The position numbers and the translations under genes are program-made. Shown one piece after another: positions 19,008 to 28,903 of a DNA stretch of 64,000 nt. The stretch is from Candidatus Woesearchaeota archaeon. Its GTDB lineage: Archaea; Nanobdellota; Nanobdellia; Woesearchaeales; ARS49. Within the stretch, counting starts at the first letter, position 1, and each line of letters starts with the position of its first letter. Where the stretch lies: contig JAHWHZ010000001.1 in assembly GCA_019322895.1 (NCBI GenBank), positions 74,220 to 138,219 of the forward strand, given 5' to 3'. The notes beneath the pieces were generated by a model that was not told the DNA's origin, ran no database searches, and saw only the letters and a program-made list of their open reading frames with translations.

Positions 19008-19565
19008 ATGTATGAAACCATAAAAGATAAAATAAAAGAAGTTATTGAAATTACCCAAAAATGTCCTGAAAACTTACAGGAAAAATGTTTTGAATTACTG
19101 ATGTTACCTTTGCTTCAGGAAAAAGTGACTCCGTCAACTGTACAAGAATCAGAAGAAAAAGAGTCTGTTGTAACAGAAGTTGATTTTAAAATACCCTTAG
19201 ATGTACGAGCATTCTTAGAACAGTATGGTGTTTCTGAAGAAAAATTGCAAAAATTATTCCTAATGCAAGGAGAAGAAGTCAAAGAAAAGTTCAATATTAC
19301 TACTTCCAAAAAGGCAAGAGCTCAAATCCAGCTTGCATTATTAAGTGCTTTGCAAAATGCTTTGAAAGGCGAAAAATTTCAATTTTCAATTGCAACTGTT
19401 AAGCAACAATGCGAAGATCATAAAGCGTACGACTTGCCCAATTTCAGAGGAATTTTCAAAAAGAACCAAGGACTGTTCAAGAATCTTGATGATGATGAAA
19501 ATGTCGAATTATCACCCTCTGGAAAAGAAAAACTAGCTGAGACAATTCTTGAAGTAGCAAAATGA
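19008..19565 (+). CDS. Hypothetical protein, first gene of a three-gene module
   Basis: RBS GGAGGG upstream; 4-nt overlap (ATGA) with the next gene. Confidence 0.3.
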   Translation: MYETIKDKIKEVIEITQKCPENLQEKCFELLMLPLLQEKVTPSTVQESEEKESVVTEVDFKIPLDVRAFLEQYGVSEEKLQKLFLMQGEEVKEKFNITTSKKARAQIQLALLSALQNALKGEKFQFSIATVKQQCEDHKAYDLPNFRGIFKKNQGLFKNLDDDENVELSPSGKEKLAETILEVAK

Positions 19566-20395
19566 AGGACAACATTCTTAGAGGATTAGAAGGAATAGAA
19601 TCTTCTCTCAGAAGTCTTAAAGGGCTTGTAAATTTAAACAAGTCTGAATTTGTGTCCAAAGTTTCTATCAAGGGACTTTCAAAAGAAATCGCTGTAAAGT
19701 GGTTTGAAAGTATTGAAAAACCGCTAAGCAGTTCTTTTTCTTTGCAAGAAGACACAATGAAAAAATATCAGGACAATTTCGATAAACTTTTAAAGCTCTC
19801 AATACGCAAAAATGCAAGAAAAAGCACATACTTAAAGCAAATAGACTTATTATTAAGCAATTTCAAGAATGACCTGATTCAGCCAGTATTGAAATATACG
19901 CCAGTGACATCAAAACTCAATAACTGGTCAGGCATATTTAAAGATGTAACAGAAGGAGAAAAAGAATATTTAAATGAAGCAATAAAATGTGCTGATTTAA
20001 ATTTATTTAGAGCATCCATTGTCTTGGGATGGTGTGCAGTTATTGATAGAATTCATAGAGTTATCGAAATGAGAGGATTTAAGGAATTTAGCGAAAAAAG
20101 TGAGGAAATGCGCAAGAAGAAGGATGGTCGTTATAAAAGGTGTAATAAAGCATTTTCAATAAATTCTTTAAACGAATTACGTGTCCAAGTATTTGATAAA
20201 GACCTTTTGTGGATCCTAGAATACATGAACTTAATCGATCCTAACCAACATGACCGGCTTTCATTATGCTTTACTATGAGAAATAACTGCGCGCACCCTG
20301 GAGATGCAGGAATATCGCCAGAAAATCTCCTTTCTTTTTATTCAGACGTAGACAGCATAATATTTAAAAATCCTAAGTTTTTACTCAGTAAATAA
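19562..20395 (+). CDS. HEPN-domain protein (Rx4HxxD type), putative RNase toxin / Abi-like
   Basis: C-terminal MRNNCAHPGD fits the HEPN R-x4-H motif; predicted all-helical. Confidence 0.4.
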   Translation: MKDNILRGLEGIESSLRSLKGLVNLNKSEFVSKVSIKGLSKEIAVKWFESIEKPLSSSFSLQEDTMKKYQDNFDKLLKLSIRKNARKSTYLKQIDLLLSNFKNDLIQPVLKYTPVTSKLNNWSGIFKDVTEGEKEYLNEAIKCADLNLFRASIVLGWCAVIDRIHRVIEMRGFKEFSEKSEEMRKKKDGRYKRCNKAFSINSLNELRVQVFDKDLLWILEYMNLIDPNQHDRLSLCFTMRNNCAHPGDAGISPENLLSFYSDVDSIIFKNPKFLLSK

Positions 20396-20434
20396 TACCC
20401 TACATTGCTAGTTTAAAAGAAAGAGAAAAACTAA

Positions 20435-21022
20435 GTGAGTTTATTTAGAATGAACGAAGAACAAATAACACAAGAAGAATACATACTAGAAGTATTAAAA
20501 GATGACTTAAATACGGGAAGATACCCTATTTTACAAAAATCGCCATCACTTATTACAAATGCAAATCTTCTGTCTGAAGATGAAAATCAAAAGAGATTAA
20601 AGTTAATACAAAATAACGGCGCCTTTGGCAGAATCTTTGAGATTCGTAATTTTGTTGCTTTTTATAAATCACAGATTAAACAGGAAGAGTTTCTAGAACT
20701 ATTTTGGTGTCCTAAGGGTAATGAAACAGACCAAGATGGAATAGATTTAATGAGCGACAATACTAGAAATATTGCTAAGTTAATTGCTTTTCTCAAAAAA
20801 GAATATTTAGGAACTGATCCAAAAATAATACAACAAATCAAGAGTTTTTTTAATGAAGAAATAAGGAAAGATAAAGAAATCCGACTCTTCTTATTTGAAA
20901 CATCCCGTAGTAAATTAATAATAGATGGGAACCATCGGGCGGGAGCAATAGTAAAGTCAATATCACAGGAAAATATAGAAAATGTATTTCCCATTACTGT
21001 GTATGTCGCAAAAATATCCTAA
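20435..21022 (+). CDS. ParB/Srx-like nuclease-domain protein
   Basis: IIDGNHRAGAI matches the ParB N-terminal DGxHR motif; 195 aa. Confidence 0.4.
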   Translation: MSLFRMNEEQITQEEYILEVLKDDLNTGRYPILQKSPSLITNANLLSEDENQKRLKLIQNNGAFGRIFEIRNFVAFYKSQIKQEEFLELFWCPKGNETDQDGIDLMSDNTRNIAKLIAFLKKEYLGTDPKIIQQIKSFFNEEIRKDKEIRLFLFETSRSKLIIDGNHRAGAIVKSISQENIENVFPITVYVAKIS

Positions 21023-21120
21023 ATCCCGTCCCTTTCGGTTTAACGTGGGGCGGTGGCGTCTATATTTCTACCTGAAAACTGCTTAAAAAAAATCCCGAAT
21101 CTTTATAAACAATCTCAGAT

Positions 21121-22944
21121 TTGTGTATATCGATGAAGACACGTAATGCTGGAGATATTGTTGGCAGGGGAGGACGCTATAAATTAGTGGAAGAGATCGG
21201 AGCAGGTGCTGTTCTAGAGGTCTGGTCTGCAAGACAATGTCTGGATATGGGCAACAGGACTGTTGCACTTAAATTTCTAAAAGATTCAAGCAATATAGCA
21301 CATCTTCAGAGCGAGATAGATTTGCTGCAGAAAGTCGGCCAGCACCCGCACATTGTTAATTTGTATTATAGAGAGCTTGAAAATGACCCTTTTATTGAAG
21401 TTGATTTATGCCACGCCACTCTTAATGAAATATTAGGGCCTGATGGACTGCCTTTTGACGATCCTGTTAAAAAACAAGAGGTTGCAGTAAAAAAGATAAG
21501 GAACCTGGCAAATGCTGTTCAGTTTGTGCACAACAAGACTTCTGACAGCATCATTGACTTGGACCCGACAAATATAATGCTTCAGCAGTATGATTCTGAC
21601 AAGCGCGAAACTGCAGTCCAGCTTTTGGAAGGCACAGTAAAGATCTGTGATTTAAACGCGAAAATCAATCAAGTTTCCGTAAGAGATTCTCTTGTAGCTT
21701 CATTATCCACATCTATCAGTACAGGCGAGAAAGGCAGCACGCATGTCTTTGCAAAGCCTTATTTTATTGCTCCTGAATTATTGAATTCAGATGCAGAGCC
21801 TACTTTTGCTGCAGATGTCTATTCTCTTGGAAAGATTCTTTCAGTGATGCTGACTGGAAGAAAAGAGCTCAATCCAAGATACATGCCCTCTAAGATGGGC
21901 ATTGCGCCTGCTTATGATGAGGTTCTTGCAACTGCTGTTGAGCCAAAAATTGAGGAAAGGTTCCAGGATATTGGCCAGTTTTTAGAGGCTGTTGAAGCAG
22001 CTGAAAAACGGCCTGTCAGGGTGACTGTCAGTAGCTGGGAATGGGTTAAAAGCGGTTTTAGCTATAAAAAAGCACAGGCCAAAAAAGAAAAAGAAGCAGA
22101 AGCAAAGTGGCGCGAGGACGTGCAGGGCATTGTTGATACAGCCAGAAGAAAGATTGAGGATGCAGAACGCGATAAAAGATGGGAGGCAGATAGAGACAGA
22201 AGTATAAAAAGAGAACAAGAAAAGAAGAAAAAACAACAAGAAGCAGAAGAAGCAAGAAGAAAAGAAGTGGAGGCTCTTGAAATACTACTCAAAGAGCGGC
22301 CAGATGAATCCCGCGCTGCGTGGCTCCGTGATGATTCAGATATCGTAATTTATCAGGTTAATAAAGTTCATGATTCCACGTATACACCTACAATATTGAA
22401 TGTGCCGAGCATTGAAAGGCGTGAGTTTCACATCCAGTGGATGGCATGGGTCAATGGAGGAAAACATCTTGCATATTGTGCAAACTTTAGACAAAAAAAT
22501 AATCCCTATTCTGAATATTCTGCAATTGGTTTGATAAACACAGACACTTTTGAAATAATCGAGGAATCATTGGAATACTTATTAAAAACACACAATATTC
22601 ATGCAGATGCAGAAGAACCAATAATTTATGCTGCAAATACAGAAGGAAAATTGATTAAATTTGACCTGTTTAATCCAGAAGAAGAAGGGCGGGCAAAATT
22701 CGTCCCTATACGCGGCTTAAGGGTTTGCGAACAAACAAACAGCCGCTGCGGCCGTTTTACATTGCAGAAAAATATAAAGATAGAATCCCATGCGTATAAT
22801 GAACCCCGTAGCCAATACGCTGCAATAGTAAGCAAAGAAAAACCAGATATTGGTTTTGTGATTGGCAAGCCTTCTAAAATAGCGGTCTGGTATGACCCTG
22901 AGAAAAAAACAGAAGAATCTACAGAGCCAGAATCAGCTGTTTAA
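21121..22944 (+). CDS. Eukaryotic-type Ser/Thr protein kinase with a K/E-rich linker and a large C-terminal domain of unknown function
   Basis: Gly-loop IGAGAVLEV, VALKFLK, catalytic-loop-like IIDLDPTNIML and ADVYSLGKIL. Confidence 0.7.
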   Translation: MCISMKTRNAGDIVGRGGRYKLVEEIGAGAVLEVWSARQCLDMGNRTVALKFLKDSSNIAHLQSEIDLLQKVGQHPHIVNLYYRELENDPFIEVDLCHATLNEILGPDGLPFDDPVKKQEVAVKKIRNLANAVQFVHNKTSDSIIDLDPTNIMLQQYDSDKRETAVQLLEGTVKICDLNAKINQVSVRDSLVASLSTSISTGEKGSTHVFAKPYFIAPELLNSDAEPTFAADVYSLGKILSVMLTGRKELNPRYMPSKMGIAPAYDEVLATAVEPKIEERFQDIGQFLEAVEAAEKRPVRVTVSSWEWVKSGFSYKKAQAKKEKEAEAKWREDVQGIVDTARRKIEDAERDKRWEADRDRSIKREQEKKKKQQEAEEARRKEVEALEILLKERPDESRAAWLRDDSDIVIYQVNKVHDSTYTPTILNVPSIERREFHIQWMAWVNGGKHLAYCANFRQKNNPYSEYSAIGLINTDTFEIIEESLEYLLKTHNIHADAEEPIIYAANTEGKLIKFDLFNPEEEGRAKFVPIRGLRVCEQTNSRCGRFTLQKNIKIESHAYNEPRSQYAAIVSKEKPDIGFVIGKPSKIAVWYDPEKKTEESTEPESAV

Positions 22945-22997
22945 GACAACATTTTTATACTAGTTTATTCTACATATAGAAAAAAAGAGGATATTGA

Positions 22998-24695
22998 ATG
23001 AACTTAATAGCAGACATAGGAATCATACTGATAGTAGCGACTGTTCTCGCAATTGTAGCTAGGTTCTTGAAGCAGCCTTTGATAATTGGCTATATGCTGG
23101 CGGGCATAATTATCGGCCCGTTGGGCCTCGGGTGGGTAGTCAATCATGATGTAATAACTACTTTATCTGAAATTGGTATTGCTTTTCTGTTATTCATTGT
23201 TGGTTTAGAGTTAGACATAAGAAAACTAAAACACTTAGGAGCAGTCTCATTGATTGTCGGTTTAGGGCAGGTCATTCTGACATTCATAGCAGGATACATC
23301 CTTGCAATATTTTTGGGTCTGCCTTCAACTTATGCATTTTATGTAAGCATTGCATTGACTTTAAGCAGCACTGTAATCATAGTCAAGCTTCTTTCAGACA
23401 AGAATGAAATAAATGCACTGCATGGAAGGATTGCTTTAGGCGTCTTGTTAGTGCAGGACTTTATTGCAGTCATGATCTTGGCAATGATGGCTAATTCAGG
23501 CCAGATAACAACAAGCCACATCATGAGCAATCTTATCACAGGAATCGGCTTTTTTGCAGTTTCAATCGTTATAGGAACCTTATTCTTGAAATATGTATTC
23601 AAGCCGATTGCAAAATCAACTGAATTATTGTTCTTAGGCGCAGTGTCCTGGTGCTTTGCATATGCAATGCTGTCTCACTGGTTTGGCTTCTCTATTGCAA
23701 TAGGCGCTTTCTTGGCAGGAATCAGCCTGGCTCCTTTGCCATATCACATTGAGATAGCATCAAGAATAAAATCATTGAGGGATTTCTTTGCCACAATTTT
23801 CTTTGTGACTTTAGGAATGCAGATTGTCTTGACAGGAATACAGTATCTTGTGTGGCCTATAGTTCTTCTTTCATTGTTTGTTTTAGTGTGCAATCCTTTG
23901 ATTGTTATGATTTTGATGTCTGTAATGGGCTTCAAGGCAAGGCCTTCTTTCTTGACAGGAATCTCTTTGGCCCAGATAAGCGAGTTCTCCTTGATAATGA
24001 TGGCAACAGGATACACAGTAGGCATAATTCCGCAAACAGTTGTCTCAGTGATAGCTATTATTGCTGTAATCACTTTCACGATCTCATCTTACATGATAAC
24101 TTATGATGAGCAGTTATACAGATTGCTCAAAAAATTGCTCAAGCCTTTTGAAAACCTGTCAGTCAAAGGGTTTGATCTCGAGTATCTGCCTGAAAAAGAG
24201 GCAGATTACAAGATTATCTTGTGCGGCTGCGACAGGATTGGCCATGCAATACTTGAATCTGCGCAAAACATGAACAAGAGCATCCTTGTTGTTGATTTTA
24301 ATCCAGAGCTGATAAAGAAGCTGATGAAAGAAAAAATACATTGCTTGTACGGAGACATAAGTGATGTTGAGATAATGAATAAACTTAACTTCAGGAAGGC
24401 AGAGATCGTGATATCCACTATTCCAGATTATGCAGACAACATCATGCTTGCAAAGAAAGTCAAGAGTGTCAACAAGAAAGCGATTGTCATTGTTACTGCA
24501 GAAGATGTTGATGATGCATTGGAATTATATAATAAAGGAGCAGATTATGTCATACTGCCGCACATGCTGGGTGGAGAGCATATCTCTGTATTGCTGCAGG
24601 AGACTGCCAAGAACCTTGGCAAGATCATGAAATCAAAAAGATTCAATATCGCAAAACTGAAAAAAAGGCAGGCCAGCAAGAATGGTAGACATTAA
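22998..24695 (+). CDS. CPA2/Kef-type monovalent cation:proton antiporter with a C-terminal RCK/TrkA-N domain
   Basis: N-terminal transmembrane exchanger domain (LIIGYMLAGIIIGPLGLG); C-terminal Rossmann fold KIILCGCDRIGHAILE. Confidence 0.75.
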   Translation: MNLIADIGIILIVATVLAIVARFLKQPLIIGYMLAGIIIGPLGLGWVVNHDVITTLSEIGIAFLLFIVGLELDIRKLKHLGAVSLIVGLGQVILTFIAGYILAIFLGLPSTYAFYVSIALTLSSTVIIVKLLSDKNEINALHGRIALGVLLVQDFIAVMILAMMANSGQITTSHIMSNLITGIGFFAVSIVIGTLFLKYVFKPIAKSTELLFLGAVSWCFAYAMLSHWFGFSIAIGAFLAGISLAPLPYHIEIASRIKSLRDFFATIFFVTLGMQIVLTGIQYLVWPIVLLSLFVLVCNPLIVMILMSVMGFKARPSFLTGISLAQISEFSLIMMATGYTVGIIPQTVVSVIAIIAVITFTISSYMITYDEQLYRLLKKLLKPFENLSVKGFDLEYLPEKEADYKIILCGCDRIGHAILESAQNMNKSILVVDFNPELIKKLMKEKIHCLYGDISDVEIMNKLNFRKAEIVISTIPDYADNIMLAKKVKSVNKKAIVIVTAEDVDDALELYNKGADYVILPHMLGGEHISVLLQETAKNLGKIMKSKRFNIAKLKKRQASKNGRH

Positions 24696-24960
24696 GGCAC
24701 AAAGAGCAAAGGCGCAGTTTTTGCATCCTGCCATGCAGATAGGAAAATCAGGCATCACCGAAGGGCTGATAACTGAGCTGAAAAATCAGCTAAAGCTCAA
24801 GAAGCTGATAAAAATAAAGTTCATGAAGTCCTTTATTGAAGACAAGGACAGGAAAAAAGTTGCAGCAGAGCTGGCAAAAAAAACAAATTCAATAATCGTG
24901 CTGCAGATAGGGAACGTTGTTGTGCTTGCTAAAAAACAAAAAATTAAAAAGGGCAAATAA
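24682..24960 (+). CDS. CRM-domain RNA-binding protein (YhbY family)
   Basis: AMQIGKSGITEGLITELKNQLKLKKLIKIKF...ELAKKTNSIIVLQIGNVVVL matches YhbY. Confidence 0.7.
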   Translation: MVDIKAQRAKAQFLHPAMQIGKSGITEGLITELKNQLKLKKLIKIKFMKSFIEDKDRKKVAAELAKKTNSIIVLQIGNVVVLAKKQKIKKGK

Positions 24961-24987
24961 GTATGAGGAGATAAAAGAGGAATTATC

Positions 24988-26529
24988 ATGACTGCAGGCA
25001 GTAAACGGATGATTTTGTATGGTTTTTATAATAAGGAATTCAAGAAATCCCATCCGGATTTTGATAAATTAGATGATAAAGAAAAGAAAAAGCTTGTTAA
25101 TTCTCTTTCAGATAAAGATGCAGAGAAGTTTGCAGACCATGAAGTTTTTGAATTAGAAAGAGACCAGATGGTCTTGCAGGATTATCCAAAGCCTGTTAAT
25201 AGGTATTACATGATATATGAATCTCCTAACGAATCTATTGAGCCGATTTACTTCTTTTGCCTGAATCAGCTGGAATCTTCATGGGGATACCCGCGGATTT
25301 ACAAGATATCTGATATTTTCACAGCAGCAGAGCACAGCTCTTTCTGGGGAGCTGCAACAGCAAGGCTTGGCCTTGCAGCTGACAAGGTTTCCCAATATCT
25401 TGCGACAATCGGCCAGTTCATAAGAAAAGACTTGTTCCAGCTTGTGAGAGACATCAGATGGATTGATGAAAGGCTGAAATTTCATGAAGATGCCCGAAAA
25501 AATATTGAATCTGCAGAAGTCACTCTTAAAGGAATCTGGTGTGATGTTGTTGACGGCGTAGTGCAGGGCCAGAGAGTAGGAGCAAATATCTTCCAATTGG
25601 CAACTCAGCTGCAGTTCACTACACTTCCTGACTGGTTTTTTACAGTTCATCCTAAAGACGTGGAAGATATTGACAAGAAAGTCGATGCCCTTCCCACTAC
25701 AAAGGTTGTCAAGAATCTCTTGAAAAGAAAGCTTAACCAGTACATGGTGTGGAGAGATGAAAACTACAAGGAATTAAAGCAGAGAAGGCTTTTTGAATTA
25801 AAATATCTCAGGCAGAATTATAATGTCATCAGGATGTACTTGATGTGGCTCAAGCCTTATCTGAAGCATATTGAAAGATTGAGCGTTGATGTGAAAAAAT
25901 TAAGTTCTGCAGAATTGATTTCAGCATTTGAAGGCTCTTTGATAGAGATTGAGATTCTTGCTGCAAAGATTCCAGAAGGCAATTCAAAATATTTTGACTG
26001 TATATTAGAGACTTTTAATTACAGGACACGGCCTTCTATGTCGTTTACCCAGGAAACTCCAGGATATCATCGGGGTCCTGTGCATGTCGGACAGACGAGG
26101 ATAAACTATCGGGCATATGCCTGGACACAAGAGCAGATAGATAATTTCATCAGGATGAAAGAAAAAGAGGATTTTGAACTATTGAAAAACATTGATGCTT
26201 CAATAAAGCAGACCTTGGATGCAATAGGCGATGACATGGAAGAATATCTTACGCAGGCTGGCGAGGCAATGGAGCCAGAAGAAAAGAAAAAAGAACCAGA
26301 AGCTCCTTCTGTATTTGAGCCGTTTGCAGCTATTGGCAAGGGATTCAAGGAAATGTTCGGCTCATTTGTCCCGCTTACATTCAGGAAAGAATTCAAGGCA
26401 AAGAAGCCAACTAAGGCAGAGATTGCAAAGTGGGCTAAAGAACAAAAATCAGCTGCAAAAGAAGCTAAAGTAATGCTGTTTCAGAACTACAAGGTCTTTA
26501 AGAAGGCCCATGGAATAGTCACCTGGTAA
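24988..26529 (+). CDS. Hypothetical protein (513 aa)
   Basis: ORF with an RBS (GGAG) upstream; no motif recognised. Confidence 0.3.
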   Translation: MTAGSKRMILYGFYNKEFKKSHPDFDKLDDKEKKKLVNSLSDKDAEKFADHEVFELERDQMVLQDYPKPVNRYYMIYESPNESIEPIYFFCLNQLESSWGYPRIYKISDIFTAAEHSSFWGAATARLGLAADKVSQYLATIGQFIRKDLFQLVRDIRWIDERLKFHEDARKNIESAEVTLKGIWCDVVDGVVQGQRVGANIFQLATQLQFTTLPDWFFTVHPKDVEDIDKKVDALPTTKVVKNLLKRKLNQYMVWRDENYKELKQRRLFELKYLRQNYNVIRMYLMWLKPYLKHIERLSVDVKKLSSAELISAFEGSLIEIEILAAKIPEGNSKYFDCILETFNYRTRPSMSFTQETPGYHRGPVHVGQTRINYRAYAWTQEQIDNFIRMKEKEDFELLKNIDASIKQTLDAIGDDMEEYLTQAGEAMEPEEKKKEPEAPSVFEPFAAIGKGFKEMFGSFVPLTFRKEFKAKKPTKAEIAKWAKEQKSAAKEAKVMLFQNYKVFKKAHGIVTW

Positions 26530-26586
26530 ACAAAAGATATTTAAAACATCAAGTTCTTCAAGCACATAATTGGGGGTGTTTAAACA

Positions 26587-26874
26587 ATGGAACTAAAGAA
26601 AATAGGAGTTTTCTCCTTGGCAAAGATACAAGCTATCTTGATGGCTATTATGGGCCTGCTTGTAGGAATATTTTATGCAATTTTAGGAACAGCAATGGGT
26701 CCTGCAATGGGAGCACAGGGGGCAAACCTTCTCCACAGTCTTGGACTTTTGTCAATTGTGATAATGCCGATATTCTATGGAGTGTTTGGCTTCATCAGCG
26801 GTCTTATCGGTGGATTCTTGTACAACATTGTCGCAGGTGCAGTCGGCGGTGTTGAATTGCATTTCAAGAAATAA
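26587..26874 (+). CDS. Small Gly-rich membrane protein
   Basis: Two or three transmembrane helices with GxxxG patterns. Confidence 0.3.
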   Translation: MELKKIGVFSLAKIQAILMAIMGLLVGIFYAILGTAMGPAMGAQGANLLHSLGLLSIVIMPIFYGVFGFISGLIGGFLYNIVAGAVGGVELHFKK

Positions 26875-26933
26875 TTTTTTTATTTCTTTTTTTATAGAAA
26901 GATTTAAATGTTCTAAAACTGAATCCTTCTTAA

Positions 26934-27293
26934 ATGAAAAAAATAATATTATTGCTTTCAGTATTGCTTCTTATTACAGCTTGTGCTAAAGAGGCTCCTG
27001 AAATCATAGTTCCAGAACCAGCTCCTGAACCAGAGCCAGAACCGCCAATCAAGATAGAACCTATCCCTGAGCCAGAGCCAATCCCAGAAGTTGAAGTGAA
27101 AGAGCCGCCTGTGCAGGAAGTTCCAGCAGGCAGGCCTACTTGCAAGATTTTGACAGAGACCGGCCATGTCTACACTCCAGAAGATGTTGTCAAAGGAATA
27201 ATCTCTATAGATGAATATCACAATACAAGATTATGCTATCCTTATTTTTCTGAGAATCAAGCCAGTACTGAAAGCATGTGCTGCGTCATTTGA
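26934..27293 (+). CDS. Lipoprotein with a Pro/Glu (PEPEPEP) repeat linker
   Basis: Signal peptide plus lipobox LITAC; low-complexity PEP repeats. Confidence 0.4.
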   Translation: MKKIILLLSVLLLITACAKEAPEIIVPEPAPEPEPEPPIKIEPIPEPEPIPEVEVKEPPVQEVPAGRPTCKILTETGHVYTPEDVVKGIISIDEYHNTRLCYPYFSENQASTESMCCVI

Positions 27294-28791
27294 TCTCCAT
27301 TAGCTTAAGCCTGTTTGCGCAGTCAATTGCATATCCAAGCTCTTCTTTGTTATGAGAATATATTGTAAATAATTTGTCTCCTTTCTTTACTTTACAGCCT
27401 TTATGGACATGCAGGTATATTCCAGAGCCGTGGTCACTTGGCGCTCCTGCCAGCCGGCCTATCTTTGTTGTGATTTTATTGTCTACATGGGATATCCTGC
27501 CTGACTTGCGCGCCCTGAATGTTCTTGTGCATTCTCCGAGTTTTATTTTGTCAGTTTTTATTTCACAGCCGCCTTGTGCCTTGATTATTTTGACAAAGGC
27601 CGTGTATGCTGCGCCGCTTTCCAGCAATTGCGCAGCTATCTGTATTCCTTTTCCTTTTTTTGCTTTGCCTGTGAATTCAAGCATCATTGCCGCCATTTTC
27701 AATGATTTTTTTCTTAAATCTTGCGGAGCTTTTTTATCATTTTTTAACACCCAGAGAACATCTCTTGCTTCTAGTGCCGGGCCTATGCCGTTTCCTATGG
27801 GCTGCGAGCCGTCGTCTATGTAGTATAATATCTTGATTCCAAGAGACTTGCTTATCCTGTCAAAATACCAAATCAGGTGTTTTGCTTCCTGCCGGCTGTG
27901 TATTTTTGCGTTCTTGCCCACAGACATCTCAAGAAGAAGATGTGTGGCATTGACACTTGCTTTTTTTGCCATGATTGATGCAATCATCTGACCTTCTGCA
28001 TCTATCTCAATCGGGTGCTCTATCTTGATAATCTTGTCATCTGCTGGCGCGAGGTTTATCGCTCCGCCCCACACCATGAATCCGCCGACTTTCTTGATGA
28101 TTTTTTTCAGTTTAGGTATTGGCAGTGCAACTTTACAGAAGACATCCATCGTGTCTGCTGTTCCTGAAGGTGATGTTATTGCTCTTGAGCTTGTTTTTGG
28201 CACCTTTAATCCAGCTGCCACAAGTATCGGCACAACTATCGGCGTTGTCCTGTTTCCTGGAACTCCTCCGATGCCATGAATATCTGCTATTATGCCGTTC
28301 TTGATGTCAATCACAGATCCTGTGTCTTTCATTGCTTTTGTTGAATCAAGTATTTCCTTGAGAGACATTCCATGGACATAATTTGCAGTGATGTATGATG
28401 TCAATTCAATGTCTGTCAAGTCATCTTTTACAATGTCTTTCATTATTTCAAAGGTTTCAGGATATGTCAGTTCTTTGCCATCCAGCTTTTTCTTTATGTA
28501 AGATACAGATATTGGTTTCTTGCCGGTGCTTAAATCAACTAAAGCGCCGTGTTTTGCGTTTAATGCATCAAGAACTTCCTCAAACAAGCCTATTTTTCCA
28601 ATAGGAACTGCTTTTCTGCTTTCTGCAATGTCTAATACTGCTGTCGTGAATCTTTTACCTTTTCTTACGATAACTCTGTCATTATGATGCAGGTCCAGTT
28701 TTTCTGCATCTTTTTCATTAAGAAGAACAACCTTGACGCCGCCTGTAGCTATGTCCATGTCTTTGACTTTGAGTTTCATTTGTATATGCAC
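27286..28791 (-). CDS. AMP phosphorylase / thymidine phosphorylase family (archaeal DeoA-type, glycosyl transferase family 3)
   Basis: 501 aa with an N-terminal extra domain as in archaeal AMPpase. Contains DIHGIGGVPGNRTT (cf. the DKHSTGGVGD motif of nucleoside phosphorylases). Confidence 0.75.
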   Translation of the reverse strand: MHIQMKLKVKDMDIATGGVKVVLLNEKDAEKLDLHHNDRVIVRKGKRFTTAVLDIAESRKAVPIGKIGLFEEVLDALNAKHGALVDLSTGKKPISVSYIKKKLDGKELTYPETFEIMKDIVKDDLTDIELTSYITANYVHGMSLKEILDSTKAMKDTGSVIDIKNGIIADIHGIGGVPGNRTTPIVVPILVAAGLKVPKTSSRAITSPSGTADTMDVFCKVALPIPKLKKIIKKVGGFMVWGGAINLAPADDKIIKIEHPIEIDAEGQMIASIMAKKASVNATHLLLEMSVGKNAKIHSRQEAKHLIWYFDRISKSLGIKILYYIDDGSQPIGNGIGPALEARDVLWVLKNDKKAPQDLRKKSLKMAAMMLEFTGKAKKGKGIQIAAQLLESGAAYTAFVKIIKAQGGCEIKTDKIKLGECTRTFRARKSGRISHVDNKITTKIGRLAGAPSDHGSGIYLHVHKGCKVKKGDKLFTIYSHNKEELGYAIDCANRLKLMEIK

Positions 28792-28903
28792 CTTTCAAAG
28801 TCAAAGGCTTGAAAAAATTGGAAATTCCTTTGAATTTCCAAATTCACGAAAAACTTTGTTTTTCGCGAAATTCTCAATTTTTCATTGTCCTTTACTTTTA
28901 ATT

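Larger units (their letters stand above)
7653..21059 (+). mobile_element. Integrated element 1 (~13.4 kb) inserted at the 3' end of the tRNA-like gene, bounded by 12-bp direct repeats GGGCGGTGGCGT
   Basis: Identical 12-mer at 7653-7664 and 21048-21059, with degenerate similarity upstream (CCCGTTCCCTTCGG vs CCCGTCCCTTTCGG). An integrase gene lies immediately inside the left end. Cargo is R-M, nucleases and regulators. Confidence 0.55.

Noticed and set aside
22058-22292. Leu/Phe-rich ORFs antisense to the kinase K/E-rich linker
   Set aside because: Antisense low-complexity artefacts.
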